This document shows, one piece after another, positions 19,573 through 30,026 of a stretch of DNA of 64,000 bases. Position numbers and translations under genes: made by a program. Each line of letters begins with the position of its first letter. Position 1 is the stretch's first letter. The notes below the pieces were generated by a model, which worked only from the letters and a program-made list of their open reading frames with translations, ran no database searches and had not been told where the DNA came from. The DNA is taken from positions 62,001 through 126,000 of the IMG/VR virus record IMGVR_UViG_3300022744_000022; one strand, written 5' to 3'.

Positions 19573-20852
19573 GCGACATCTACGTCAACGATGAACTGCA
19601 CCCCGAAGATAACGCGATGCTGCAAGCGTTGTACTCCCGTAGCCCGCAGTCAGTGACCAAGCACCTGGAAAAGGTGAAGCTCGCGGGTTCGGGCAACTTC
19701 ATGGGTCAATACTACGTTGGGTATGGGCACCAATCGATCGGGGACTGCGGCACTACCACGCTCTACGTGGAGTACGTTTCGATGCTTGCCGCCAAGGCCA
19801 TCCAAGACTCCCCGCTCTACAACGGTCAGGAAGCCTCGACGCGCTATCTAGACATGTCCAAGCAGCCCGTCTTGAATCCTATCGGGACACCCCGAGGGAA
19901 GGTGATTCAAGACCTCTGGATGGAGTTCTACACATCGTCGATGGCCCCGACCATCGAGCACTTGTACGCGACTTACCCGCTCAAGGAAGGCGAGGACGCC
20001 AAGCAGTACGAGAAGGCCATCAAGGCGCGGGCGTTCGATATTCTGCGAAGCTTCTTGCCTGCGGGGTGTACCACGCTTGTGTCTTGGCATACGACGCTTC
20101 GGCACGCCGCTGATCACCTGAGCAACCTCAGGCACTACCCGTTGGCTGAGGTCCGGGGGTTGGCGGATTCGATGTTGTCGAGCCTCCAAGAACGGTACCC
20201 GCACAGCTTCGGGCAGAAGCGCTACGAAGACACTGAACAGTACCTGGCTACGGTCGGGACTCAGTATCTGTATAATCCAAAGGGGTGTTCAACGCACGTT
20301 ACGTGCAAGGCTAATTTGGATGTCAGGCAACTGAATCAGCCGGTGATTCAAGGCCGACCTCCGAAGACACGTTTGCCTCATTACCTGGATGAACTCGGGC
20401 AAGTCACCTACGAGTTCCTTTTGGACTTTGGAAGTTTTCGCGACCTCCAGCGGCACCGCAACGGCGTTTGTCGAATGCCCTTGCTTTCTACTCAGTGGGG
20501 GTTCAACCCGTGGTACCTAGAGCAACTGCCCCCGAGTCTTCGGGATAGGGCCGAGATCTTGATTGGTCACCAAGCCTTAGCAATCGACCGTCTAGAGACT
20601 TCCCCTGAAGAAAAGCAGCACTATGTTGCGATGGGCTTCAACGTCCCGTGTAAGGTAACCCGGGGTTTGCCAGGGACACTCTACCTGATCGAGCTTCGCA
20701 CGAGCAAAACGGTTCACCCTACGATGCGTCGTGTGTCGCAGGAGATGGCACAGACACTCCAAGCCAAGTACCCTACGCTACCCGTTCACGCGGACATGAG
20801 CCCGGATGATTGGGATATCCGGCGTGGTGCTCAAGACATCGTGGCTCGGTAA
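19569..20852 (+). CDS. thyX: flavin-dependent thymidylate synthase, tandem-domain type
   Basis: YVGYGHQSIGD, QEASTRY, FDILRSFLP, DFGSFRDLQRHR, IELRT. Confidence 0.8.
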   Translation: MSDIYVNDELHPEDNAMLQALYSRSPQSVTKHLEKVKLAGSGNFMGQYYVGYGHQSIGDCGTTTLYVEYVSMLAAKAIQDSPLYNGQEASTRYLDMSKQPVLNPIGTPRGKVIQDLWMEFYTSSMAPTIEHLYATYPLKEGEDAKQYEKAIKARAFDILRSFLPAGCTTLVSWHTTLRHAADHLSNLRHYPLAEVRGLADSMLSSLQERYPHSFGQKRYEDTEQYLATVGTQYLYNPKGCSTHVTCKANLDVRQLNQPVIQGRPPKTRLPHYLDELGQVTYEFLLDFGSFRDLQRHRNGVCRMPLLSTQWGFNPWYLEQLPPSLRDRAEILIGHQALAIDRLETSPEEKQHYVAMGFNVPCKVTRGLPGTLYLIELRTSKTVHPTMRRVSQEMAQTLQAKYPTLPVHADMSPDDWDIRRGAQDIVAR

Positions 20853-20899
20853 GCAAGTGGTTTTTCTTCGATAGGCCCTCAAGGCTCGAATTCACAAGG

Positions 20900-21652
20900 A
20901 TGAACGTGGACAGCAAAGTGATTGCACCGCTCTCAGACGAGCGTCGTACCGAACTCTTGGCCAGACTCGCAACTGAGCCGTCTGACACCAAGCTATCGTT
21001 GGAATTCGGGATTTCACGCAAGGCTCTCTGGCGTATGCGCCAGAACTTGAAAAAGGATGCTGCACCTGTAGTGCCCGTACCTGTGATGACGCCCCCTGCC
21101 CCCGAGGCATCGAAGCCGTTGCCACCTGTAGTGATCCCGCCTGCTCCTGTTCCCAAGGTAGTGGTGCCCAAGGTTTTGAAAGCACCCCCACAGGCAGTCA
21201 CGACACCGACGTTAGTGCAACCGCCCCCAGCCCCGTTTCCTGAGGACCCGCGACCCAAGGTGGACGTAGAGCCCGTGCATTTGAGCACGTACTTTGCGGT
21301 CCAGCTCCTTCGAGGGGAGTCCCATAAGCAAGTGGCGAACGTCATTTTGACGGAGGCCGAAGCCAAGGGCATTCTGTTCCGCAAACTTCAAGTCTTGGAC
21401 ATCGTGTCGGTGGGCACTACGTCCTTCGTGCGGTTCCGTGGGGATCTGCCGGACGCTTTTGCGGTTTTGAAAGCCTTGCGGGATCGAGCGCTTATTGTGC
21501 CCGATTCCGTAGGGGCCTACACGGTGACCTTTCCGAACGGGCGAAGCGGTAAGTTCCCTGGGTCGTCCATGTGCAGCTCGCCCAAGATGGGGTTCGGGCA
21601 CACGTACGCGGGGACCAGAATCAAGAAGTGGAAGCAGCAATTCGCGGCGTGA
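20900..21652 (+). CDS. HTH protein with Pro/Val-rich linker
   Basis: SDTKLSLEFGISRKALWRMR HTH-like segment; start uncertain. Confidence 0.5.
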   Translation: MNVDSKVIAPLSDERRTELLARLATEPSDTKLSLEFGISRKALWRMRQNLKKDAAPVVPVPVMTPPAPEASKPLPPVVIPPAPVPKVVVPKVLKAPPQAVTTPTLVQPPPAPFPEDPRPKVDVEPVHLSTYFAVQLLRGESHKQVANVILTEAEAKGILFRKLQVLDIVSVGTTSFVRFRGDLPDAFAVLKALRDRALIVPDSVGAYTVTFPNGRSGKFPGSSMCSSPKMGFGHTYAGTRIKKWKQQFAA

Positions 21653-21696
21653 ACCATAGGTGAACACCGCTAAACTGTTTATCTGTGGGCTGTAGC

Positions 21697-22560
21697 GTGA
21701 TCGCAGAACGTCTACATGGTCTGAGGGCAACAGATGAGTACAGCATCTGGGCCACGATTAAAGATAAGTGCTCAAACCCGAGCAGTAAAGCCTACCCTCG
21801 TTTCGGTGGACGTGGGCTTACGATGTATGGCCCTTGGGCGAATGACTTTAGAGTTTTCATTCGGGATTTAGGGCACCGCCCGGCCCCCGGGTATCGGTTG
21901 GTACGAGCAGATAAAAACGGTAACTTTGAGCCGGGTAACCTTAGTTGGAGCCCCGGGTCATACGTGGAAGCCGCCCCCTCCAATAGGGGGCCCGACGCTA
22001 AAACGCTTGCTCTGGTAGGACAAGAGTTCAACAAGCTAACTGTAGTTGGGGTGGTGCGTTACATTCGTGGGGATACGACGCAGACTTGCTACAAAGCAAG
22101 GGTGCAGTGTTCTTGTGGTAGCGCCCCCTTCACTCTTTTCGTGCAGGCCTTAGGTAAAACCCAATCTTGCGGGTGCTCCGTTGACTACGGATCACGGACA
22201 GGTGCAAAGAGTTACAAGTTTAGTGGCTACCGTGAAATACGCGGTAGCTATTGGGCGCACGTTCAGCACGGTGCTGAGACACGCGGCTTGCCTTTCGAGA
22301 TTTCCATAGAGTACGTATGGGGGTTGTTCGAGCAGCAAGACCGCAAGTGTGCTCTTTCGGGTGTCCCGCTTTCCTTTGGCCCTTACCAATCTAGACGAAG
22401 AGGGCAGACAGCCTCCTTAGACCGTATTGATGCTTCGCTAGGGTACGTGATCGGCAACGTGCAGTGGGTACACAAGTCGATCAACCTCATGCGTATGGAT
22501 CTCTCAGTCGAGGAATTCGTGAGGCAGTGCCGTCTGGTGGCCGCTAATTGTCCTTTGTGA
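21697..22560 (+). CDS. HNH-type homing endonuclease
   Basis: RFGGRGL..W..F...DLG.RP module and CALSG...SLDRIDASLGYVIGNVQWV module; lower GC. Confidence 0.8.
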   Translation: MIAERLHGLRATDEYSIWATIKDKCSNPSSKAYPRFGGRGLTMYGPWANDFRVFIRDLGHRPAPGYRLVRADKNGNFEPGNLSWSPGSYVEAAPSNRGPDAKTLALVGQEFNKLTVVGVVRYIRGDTTQTCYKARVQCSCGSAPFTLFVQALGKTQSCGCSVDYGSRTGAKSYKFSGYREIRGSYWAHVQHGAETRGLPFEISIEYVWGLFEQQDRKCALSGVPLSFGPYQSRRRGQTASLDRIDASLGYVIGNVQWVHKSINLMRMDLSVEEFVRQCRLVAANCPL

Positions 22561-22571
22561 ACACGTTAGGT

Positions 22572-23336
22572 ATGCGCACTGCCGTGATCCAGTTTCGCCC
22601 GCTACTCAAGGACGTACAGGGCAACCTTCATCGTTTAGCGCTGCTTGCTATGAAAGCGGCGCAGGCGAACGCAAAGTTGATTGTGCTTCCGGAGCTTGCC
22701 CTCACTGGTTACAGCTTCATGTCTGCGGCTGAGGTTGAACCCCTGGCGGAGGTCATCACAGCTTTCAAACCCGGCAGTGGGGACAGGACATCTAGTATGG
22801 GCGTCTTCCATGCTATTGCGAAGAAGTATGGTACGCATATCGCATGGGGGTTGATTGAAAAAGATGCGGGTACAGGCAAGCTTTTCAATGCCCAAGTCCT
22901 AATGTGTCCTGACGGGACCTTTGAATCGTATCGTAAAATAAATCACTTTTCTGCGGATTTCCTATGGGCTGCTGAGGGCCGTGCCAACCCTCCTATCCGT
23001 AAGATTGAAGTCGGGGGTAAAACCTACAAGGTTGGGCTTCTGATTTGCCGCGACGTTCGGGACAAGAAAGACGACTCCTGGAAGTCCTTCTATGAGAAGG
23101 GGGATGCGGATGTGGTGGTCCTGTCCGCTAACTGGGGTAAGGGCGGCTTCCCCGCAACTGCTTGGATGGATTTCGTTAAAGACAACGACACCATCTTGGC
23201 TGTAAGCAACAGGTACGGCGCAGAGATCCCTAACGACTTCGGTGAGGGTGGGGTCTGCATCATCTACCCGGACGGCACCGTGCAGTGCGACGGCCTCGTG
23301 TGGGGGCAGGACTGCATCGTCTACGGGGAAGTCTAG
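22572..23336 (+). CDS. carbon-nitrogen hydrolase (nitrilase superfamily)
   Basis: Catalytic triad motifs LPELALTG, YRKINH, LICRD. Confidence 0.85.
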   Translation: MRTAVIQFRPLLKDVQGNLHRLALLAMKAAQANAKLIVLPELALTGYSFMSAAEVEPLAEVITAFKPGSGDRTSSMGVFHAIAKKYGTHIAWGLIEKDAGTGKLFNAQVLMCPDGTFESYRKINHFSADFLWAAEGRANPPIRKIEVGGKTYKVGLLICRDVRDKKDDSWKSFYEKGDADVVVLSANWGKGGFPATAWMDFVKDNDTILAVSNRYGAEIPNDFGEGGVCIIYPDGTVQCDGLVWGQDCIVYGEV

Positions 23337-24232
23337 TGCTTTCATCCCGAGTAGCGCGCCGCTTCCAAGCCGCCTTGTCCGATCAGCTTGAGGACAAGAT
23401 GCGGGCGCTGCTGGCTAAGCCTTTGGATGCCGCTGAGGGTAAAGAGATCGCCCGGTGGTTACAGGACAACTTCTTTTTCTTGGGGACTAAGACCCCCAAG
23501 GGGCAGAAAGACCTCAAGGAGTCGATCAACAAGCTGCACTGGTTTCTTGCGCACGGAATCAGTCAGTCTGTAGATCCCGAGCGCTTGCGGGACACCATTG
23601 AGGCTGAGTGGCAGGTGGTGCAAAAGCGCCTGGGCGACCTTGCCAAATACTTCTCCGAAGAAGGCGGCAAGTCGGTCCCGAAAGAGATCAAGCAGGGCGG
23701 CAACACGTACCTGAACGTCTCAGGCTTCTACGAGGCCGACCTGATGAAGTTCGTCAAGCGTCTTGAGGCCGTGTTCGACATGCTCAAGGGTTGGCGTAAG
23801 AAAGCGTTGAGCGGGGGTGTCACGGTCGCCTTGGCGGGTCCCAAGGATTTCCGGGGTACCTCTGGGGGTAAGTACAAATCCGCCGACGACGTGCTGTACG
23901 TGCGTGCCACCCCGGATGTGTTGAAGCGCTCCAGTGGGAACTACGGAAGCTTCGAGTACATCATTGTGCATGAACTGGGCCACCGTTACGATTACAAGGT
24001 TCACCGGCCTTCTGTGGACTTTGACAAGGCTGAGTGGTGGACCAGCCGCTACAGCCGCAATGAGGGTGAGTCGTTTGCCGAGTTGTTCGCCCTCAGCAAC
24101 TTCGGGATTACGGGCCAAGGGGATCCCTTGAAACTGGACCGTTTTGAGGCGTTGATGGCAGGCCGGGATGAGCAGCCGAAGCCTGAGATCCCTGAGCACT
24201 TGAAGAAGTACCGGACACAGCCGACTTTTTGA
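23336..24232 (+). CDS. zincin-like metallopeptidase-domain protein with N-terminal RVARRF tag
   Basis: IIVHELGHRY...SRYS...ESFAELF. Confidence 0.65.
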   Translation: MLSSRVARRFQAALSDQLEDKMRALLAKPLDAAEGKEIARWLQDNFFFLGTKTPKGQKDLKESINKLHWFLAHGISQSVDPERLRDTIEAEWQVVQKRLGDLAKYFSEEGGKSVPKEIKQGGNTYLNVSGFYEADLMKFVKRLEAVFDMLKGWRKKALSGGVTVALAGPKDFRGTSGGKYKSADDVLYVRATPDVLKRSSGNYGSFEYIIVHELGHRYDYKVHRPSVDFDKAEWWTSRYSRNEGESFAELFALSNFGITGQGDPLKLDRFEALMAGRDEQPKPEIPEHLKKYRTQPTF

Positions 24233-24277
24233 GGCGTTCTGGAAAGTCCCTCTTTGCCGGTGTAGTGTACCCGGGCC

Positions 24278-25552
24278 ATGCCGAGAGAGCCCCAGGTACC
24301 CCGCTGCAACTTCTGTGGTCGTCCCCGCAATGAGGTCAAGCACCTCATTGGAGCGCCGGATGGGGCGAACATCTGCAACGGCTGTATCACCGCGACCTCT
24401 CAGGCTATCGATGAGGCTGAGCGCAAGTCCCCCGGGGCCAAGAAGGCTCAGGGCCCGCTCAAGAAGCCCAAGGAAATCACGGCGTTCGTGGACGAGCACG
24501 TGATCGGCCAGGATGCGGCCAAGCGGGAAATCGCCATCGCGGTCTACGAGCACTACCGCCGCCGGGAAGTAGACAAGAGCAAGAACGGCGTGATCATGCT
24601 CGACGGGGAAGCGGTCGAGATTGAGAAGTCCAACATCTTGCTGCTCGGGCCTTCGGGATCGGGCAAGACGCACATTGCCAGGACGATTGCCCGGTTGCTG
24701 GATGTTCCGTTCTACGTCGGGGATGCCACGAAGCTCACGAGTGCAGGCTACGTCGGGGAGGACGTGGAGTCGTTGCTTCAGGGGCTCTTGGCGGACGCTC
24801 AGAACGACATCGAGAAGGCACAGTGGGGCATCATCTTCCTGGACGAGTTTGACAAGCTGGCCCGCAAGGCTGGCTACGGGGCTTCCGGGATGCGGGATGT
24901 GACCGGCGAGGGTGTCCAGCAGGCCTTGCTCAAGCTTATTGAGGGTGGGCAGGTCGCGGTCCCCCGGGGCATGGGTTCCCGAGCGGTGTCCGGGATGATG
25001 CCTTCTGACGTGGTGGACACCCGGAACATCCTGTTCATCTGTGCCGGGTCCTTCGCAGGGATCGAGCCCGTGATCGAACGCAGGCTCAACAAGTCCACGG
25101 GCCTCGGGTTCGGCAAAGAGCACCGGAAGCAGCACGCCAAGTCCGACCTGTATCGAGAGGTCACGGTCGAGGACATTGAGGAATTCGGGTTGATTCCGGA
25201 GATCGTGGGCCGTCTGCCTGTGATCACCAGCACCTTGGAGTTGACCGAGGACGAGCTGATCCGCATCCTGACCGAGCCCAAGAATGCGATCTGCAAGCAG
25301 TTCCGGGCCTTGTTCTCGTTGGATGGGATTGACCTCCAGTTCGACCCTGAGGCATTGCGGGCGGTGGCTCAAAAGGCTCGGAAGCGGTCCACGGGTGCCC
25401 GAGCATTGCGAGCAATTCTCAAGGAAGTGCTCAAGCCTTACTCCTACGAGGCCCCGGATAACCTGGACATCTCGGCCATCCGCATTACCCCGGAGGCTGT
25501 CGAGACTCCTGGAAAGGCCCTCGTGATGCGAAAAGGCGTTGGGACGGCTTAG
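24278..25552 (+). CDS. clpX: ATP-dependent Clp protease ATP-binding subunit ClpX
   Basis: CNFC...ICNGC Zn domain, GPSGSGKT, GYVGEDVE, LDEFDK, RDVTGEGVQQALLK, LGF loop, TGARAL. Confidence 0.95.
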   Translation: MPREPQVPRCNFCGRPRNEVKHLIGAPDGANICNGCITATSQAIDEAERKSPGAKKAQGPLKKPKEITAFVDEHVIGQDAAKREIAIAVYEHYRRREVDKSKNGVIMLDGEAVEIEKSNILLLGPSGSGKTHIARTIARLLDVPFYVGDATKLTSAGYVGEDVESLLQGLLADAQNDIEKAQWGIIFLDEFDKLARKAGYGASGMRDVTGEGVQQALLKLIEGGQVAVPRGMGSRAVSGMMPSDVVDTRNILFICAGSFAGIEPVIERRLNKSTGLGFGKEHRKQHAKSDLYREVTVEDIEEFGLIPEIVGRLPVITSTLELTEDELIRILTEPKNAICKQFRALFSLDGIDLQFDPEALRAVAQKARKRSTGARALRAILKEVLKPYSYEAPDNLDISAIRITPEAVETPGKALVMRKGVGTA

Positions 25553-25576
25553 AGTTTTTGTGCTTTCTCGTAAGGC

Positions 25577-26257
25577 ATGGATGCTCTTTCGTTGCGTGTC
25601 GCCGCCCGGTTCGGGAGGATCGCTTTTGGCCAAGAAGGTAAGTTCTTGGGTCGAGACTGCCGCCTGACTTGGAGCAGGCACGGCTGGACCCTGGAAGAGC
25701 TGCCGGTCAAGGGCAAGAAAAAGTGCAAGGTGGCGGAGTTGCAGAACCCCGGGACTAGGGGTTGGGCAAACTTTGACGCTTACATCGACGGGAACATCCT
25801 GCGAGATGCGAAGCTGAGCGCTTCGGATTCGTACGAGACTATCAAGCAGAAGATGCTTGACGCTTACGAGTTGGCAGCGGAGCTGACCATCAACAAGATG
25901 ACGCCCGACGAAGCCAAGCATGCCTTGTGGCTCCGTGATCTCAAGTGGTACGAGAACGAGGTCCATTACCTCAAGATCACCCCTGAGAACACGGAACCCT
26001 TCGAGGCTGAGGGCAAGGACTACACGATCAAGGTCACGTGGACCAAGTTCTCAGTCTACTCCCCCGACTCGGACTTTCAGCAAAGTGACCCGTACTACAC
26101 GCAGTACGCGGAGTCCTCGGCCCAAGGGGCACGTAAGCTGTACCAGACTTTGAAAGCGGATCCGAACGCGCTCAAGAGCGTTCCTTGGTCCAAGCTGGGC
26201 GATTGGTTCATCAAGAACAAGATCCCCTACAAGACCAACTTCTCCCAGTGGACCTGA
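25577..26257 (+). CDS. hypothetical protein with N-terminal RVAARF tag
   Basis: MDALSLRVAARFGRIA... Confidence 0.7.
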   Translation: MDALSLRVAARFGRIAFGQEGKFLGRDCRLTWSRHGWTLEELPVKGKKKCKVAELQNPGTRGWANFDAYIDGNILRDAKLSASDSYETIKQKMLDAYELAAELTINKMTPDEAKHALWLRDLKWYENEVHYLKITPENTEPFEAEGKDYTIKVTWTKFSVYSPDSDFQQSDPYYTQYAESSAQGARKLYQTLKADPNALKSVPWSKLGDWFIKNKIPYKTNFSQWT

Positions 26258-26267
26258 GGCTAAACCG

Positions 26268-29147
26268 ATGACAAATCAAATTAGGACTGCGGGCCAGCTC
26301 AGGGCTGCTAGGTACCGCCTTCAGTGGCAAGGGGTTTTGGGCGATGGCCCTGTAACAGCTAAGCACCCAGAGCAGGAAGGTGTTTACGAAGTTACCGAGT
26401 ACGCTAATGGCGGCGCGGGGTGGCTGCTTAAAAAGAAGGCTACTGATCCCTCCGGTATTAGTGGCGGCCGTTTTCGTAGTCTAGAGTCCGCTATCAAGGA
26501 CGCTGAAGATCACGCTTTTGGAACTGGGCGTTGGCGGCACAAGACGGCTACAACAGCCGAACGAGTCCTGTCCCGCTTTGAGGAAGGCAAACCTGCCGAC
26601 CCCACGGAGAACATGAGTCCTGAGGACGCCAAGAAGTGGCGTGAGCAGACGGACGAGCACAAGGACGAGTTCAAGTCTGCGGCTGACAAGACGGCCACCA
26701 AGGTCGAGATCAAGCTACAGTACGACAGCCCTACGAGTGTCGGTAAGATCGTGTCGCCTTCGGGGCGAGCTGAATACTACTACACCCTCGGGAACGGCGC
26801 GAAGATGAGCTATTCCGACCGGGAGAAATTCCGGTACCAACTACGCAACCAAGCAAACGTGCGTGAAGCTGAGAAGTTGGTGAAGGAATTGGATCAGAAG
26901 GTGCCGTCCAAGACGGCCGCTGCAAAGAAGCCCTCGCGTCCCTCGGTTGAGGAAACCCCTGAGGAAAAGCGTTTCACGCAGGAACGTGAGAAGGTCGAGA
27001 AGGCGCTTGAGGACTTGCGGGAAGAGATCGCGGATCGCTTCCCTATCCCAGAGGATCGTCGGCATCCGCCGGAAGCACGCGAAGTCCTCAACCACTACCT
27101 TCTTGCGGATCGCCTGCAACACAAGGCGTTCATGCAGTCCGTGGGTGGTAACTCGGACGAGCCCTCAGTTCTCCGAGAAATGTTTGGGCTCTTGGCCAAG
27201 TCGGAAGCAGAGATCAAGAAGGCCAAGCGCTTGCTGGCTGAGGCGGCTGCTATGGAAAAGCGGAAGTCTGCTTCATCGGTTAGTGTGTTGACCCGCTTCC
27301 TGACAGCGGATCAGGACAAAGCGGCCCCCGAGCAGGTGGACAAGTATTTCAAGCAGGTCAAGAAGGACAACCCGTCCTACAGTGACTCGCAGGCCTACGC
27401 GACCGCGTGGTCCATCTACTGCAAGCACAAGAATCCTGGCTCGGAGTCGTGCCACCAGGACGAGTACCTGACGGGCAAGACGGCCGCTTGGAAGGCTCCC
27501 GCGATCAATCAGGCTCTCGCCAAGTTGATCGCCAAGAAGGTAGACCGCCATTTCGTCACGGACCTCTTGAACGAAAAGCTGTCGGGGCGTAGCTGGGAAG
27601 CCAAGCTGAAAGAGGCCATTGGGAAAGCCGTGGCCCCCACGCAAATGCGTGATCAGGTTGAAGCACAGCCCGCGATCAAGAAGTGGCTGGCGGACCTTTC
27701 GGATTCGGAGCTTTCCAAGATCCGTGACTTGCTAGAGGAAACCCTCAACCACGGCAAGAGTGAGCAGTACAAGGCCAAGCCCGACGCTTGGAAGACGGCC
27801 TCAAGCCCTCAAGAGCTGCATGAGATGCGCAAGATGTTGGAGCGTTCCGGGTACGACCCCGATGACGCCCAGGTCTTGCAAGAAGAGGGTATGGGCCCCG
27901 ATGAGCTGGCGGAGCGTCTTCGGGTTCGCCCCGGGGCCCCCGGCAGCCTTGGCTACTCGCACCGGCTCAAGTTGATGCTGGAGAAGAAGGCGCTGCAAGC
28001 CATCGCGTGGATGGAGCGCAACGGCTATCGTGAGGACCCCCTGCTGCGTGAGCTGCAACAGCAGCTTCGGCGCGGGACGCCGAGTGCCCTGGCAGGTGCC
28101 CAAGAGATCTTGGAATCCGCGATCGAGGCGTACGACATCCCGATCAAGTTGGCCTCGGATGTGACGGCGGCTCGTAAGCCCAAGAGCATCGCCGAGAAGA
28201 AGGACCTTCAACTGCTCATCGATCAGTTGAAGCGCAACCCGAAGGACGGGGACGCAGAGCGTGCTCTGCGTGGGGATTGGGAGTACCGAGACGCGGACAT
28301 CGCGAAGGTCAAGGCGCAGACCAAGACAGCGGGTGCTGGGGAGGACATGATCCCGCAGATCATTCAAGATCTATCCCGGATTCATGGCTTGGGTGCGGTC
28401 GAGGTCAACGATTTCTCCCGCCCCGGCGCATCTACAGTAGATTTTTCGGTGTTCGCTGATCTCAAAGTCACGGCTTCGGGGAGTGTTCAAACACGGCGTA
28501 ACGGACCTTACGAGAAGAAACCGTTGGAGTTTCAGGCTGATCTACGCAGTGTCAAAAACACGATCTTAAGTCTGTTGAAGAAGCACCGAGCATACGACGT
28601 GATGGTGGTGATGCCTCTGCGTAAGAATTCAGCGCAAGATCGCCTTTCTGAGCCGGGGCCAAAGTTTTATGACGATTCGATCGTGCGAATTTCATTTTCA
28701 CTCGCTTTACAAGCAAAGACCGCTGGGCACAGCTATGCCGTAGATAGCATGTCGGTCTTGTTCGTTGAGGGCCGTCGCATGACCCCGTTCAACCGCGACA
28801 CGATTGACGATATCAACCACACTTCGATCGAGGTTGTGGCTGACGATGGGGAGCTGCACGAGGCTAACCTGAAGTTTCTAGGCTACCAGTCTTCTGGGAT
28901 TTTGACGCGCATTGATGAGCAGAACGGTCTACGTCGTGAGACTCGCGTGGATGTCCAGTACCCGGTAGACGAGGGTGGGTCGTCCCAGACTTCGGCACGT
29001 ACGGCACTCTCGGCTTTGGTCCGCCTGGGTAAGAAACTCGACTTCCTCGTAGAGCCCGTAGCCCGTGGGTACCAACCCCAGCACCGTCAAACCAGCTTCG
29101 TAGCCAAACCGAAGGGACCTAAGAGCCCCTTCGGTAGGTTCCGGTGA
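26268..29147 (+). CDS. modular polyprotein-like protein with repeated KTA junctions
   Basis: 959 aa; seven KTA motifs separate short unrelated segments. Confidence 0.75.
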   Translation: MTNQIRTAGQLRAARYRLQWQGVLGDGPVTAKHPEQEGVYEVTEYANGGAGWLLKKKATDPSGISGGRFRSLESAIKDAEDHAFGTGRWRHKTATTAERVLSRFEEGKPADPTENMSPEDAKKWREQTDEHKDEFKSAADKTATKVEIKLQYDSPTSVGKIVSPSGRAEYYYTLGNGAKMSYSDREKFRYQLRNQANVREAEKLVKELDQKVPSKTAAAKKPSRPSVEETPEEKRFTQEREKVEKALEDLREEIADRFPIPEDRRHPPEAREVLNHYLLADRLQHKAFMQSVGGNSDEPSVLREMFGLLAKSEAEIKKAKRLLAEAAAMEKRKSASSVSVLTRFLTADQDKAAPEQVDKYFKQVKKDNPSYSDSQAYATAWSIYCKHKNPGSESCHQDEYLTGKTAAWKAPAINQALAKLIAKKVDRHFVTDLLNEKLSGRSWEAKLKEAIGKAVAPTQMRDQVEAQPAIKKWLADLSDSELSKIRDLLEETLNHGKSEQYKAKPDAWKTASSPQELHEMRKMLERSGYDPDDAQVLQEEGMGPDELAERLRVRPGAPGSLGYSHRLKLMLEKKALQAIAWMERNGYREDPLLRELQQQLRRGTPSALAGAQEILESAIEAYDIPIKLASDVTAARKPKSIAEKKDLQLLIDQLKRNPKDGDAERALRGDWEYRDADIAKVKAQTKTAGAGEDMIPQIIQDLSRIHGLGAVEVNDFSRPGASTVDFSVFADLKVTASGSVQTRRNGPYEKKPLEFQADLRSVKNTILSLLKKHRAYDVMVVMPLRKNSAQDRLSEPGPKFYDDSIVRISFSLALQAKTAGHSYAVDSMSVLFVEGRRMTPFNRDTIDDINHTSIEVVADDGELHEANLKFLGYQSSGILTRIDEQNGLRRETRVDVQYPVDEGGSSQTSARTALSALVRLGKKLDFLVEPVARGYQPQHRQTSFVAKPKGPKSPFGRFR

Positions 29148-29204
29148 AGGCAAACTGCGTTTTTTCTAGCCCAAAGTCTTGGCCAAATGGTGTAGTCTGC
29201 GTTC

Positions 29205-30026
29205 ATGCCTTTCAGTGGTGTCGCAGAACGCATCCCCTACAGTCTGTCTCGTTGGACTGACGTTCCAAGCTCGAAGTGGTCTTGGTTCGAGGCGTGCCTC
29301 GATTCCAAGAAGATGGTGGCGTTTGACCCCCGGACCAGTGCCCCGGGGGTCTGGTCCCTGTCCCCTGAGGACACGTTGGGCCTCGTCTTCTGGACTAAGA
29401 ACCCGACTGCTTTGCTCCAAAGCCGGGCTCGCCTCGCTCCCTACGATGTGACGGTCCATGTGACGGCCACGGGTTGGCATGAAGTCGAGAAGGGTACCCC
29501 ATCTCTGGATGAAGCGGGCCGCTTGCTCGTACGGACAGCCAGGGTCTTCCCCAAGACCTACTGGCGATTCAGCCCCATTCCGATCCTACCCGATGCTGAG
29601 CTGTTCCGCCGGTTCCAGAGGCTTCTCGGGTTTGCGGCTATCGCGGGCATCCAACAATGCTTCGTCTCGTTCCTGCAAGAGAACGACAAGGTGCCGGAAT
29701 CTCGGACTCCGAAGTCCAGGTTCGCTCTCCTGAACACCTTGGCGGACGAGGCTCATGCTTTCGGGGTGCAGGTGGTGCTGTGTAAGGACGACCACACTTT
29801 TGATGGGTGGCCTGGCGCACGATTCACTACCGAAGCATGTGTACAGCCTGTGGACTTCGGTGGCCAAGATCGTGTACACCTGGAAGATTGTGGCTGCGTC
29901 CTGATGGTGGACCCTTTTACCATGAATGAGTCCTGCCATTTTGGCTGCCACTACTGCTACGCCTCAGACAAGAGTCTGTCCCCCAAGAAGCGGAACACGA
30001 CCCGCAGCTTGAACGTGGTGCGATGA
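29205..30026 (+). CDS. DUF1848-family (radical-SAM-like, C-terminal Cys cluster) protein
   Basis: SLSRWTDVP, VFWTKNP, WRFSPI, CGC...SCHFGCHYCYA. Confidence 0.75.
   Translation: MPFSGVAERIPYSLSRWTDVPSSKWSWFEACLDSKKMVAFDPRTSAPGVWSLSPEDTLGLVFWTKNPTALLQSRARLAPYDVTVHVTATGWHEVEKGTPSLDEAGRLLVRTARVFPKTYWRFSPIPILPDAELFRRFQRLLGFAAIAGIQQCFVSFLQENDKVPESRTPKSRFALLNTLADEAHAFGVQVVLCKDDHTFDGWPGARFTTEACVQPVDFGGQDRVHLEDCGCVLMVDPFTMNESCHFGCHYCYASDKSLSPKKRNTTRSLNVVR

Noticed and set aside
23720-25966. 748-aa minus-strand ORF
   Set aside because: Antisense shadow of clpX and its neighbours caused by high-GC codon bias; no protein motifs.
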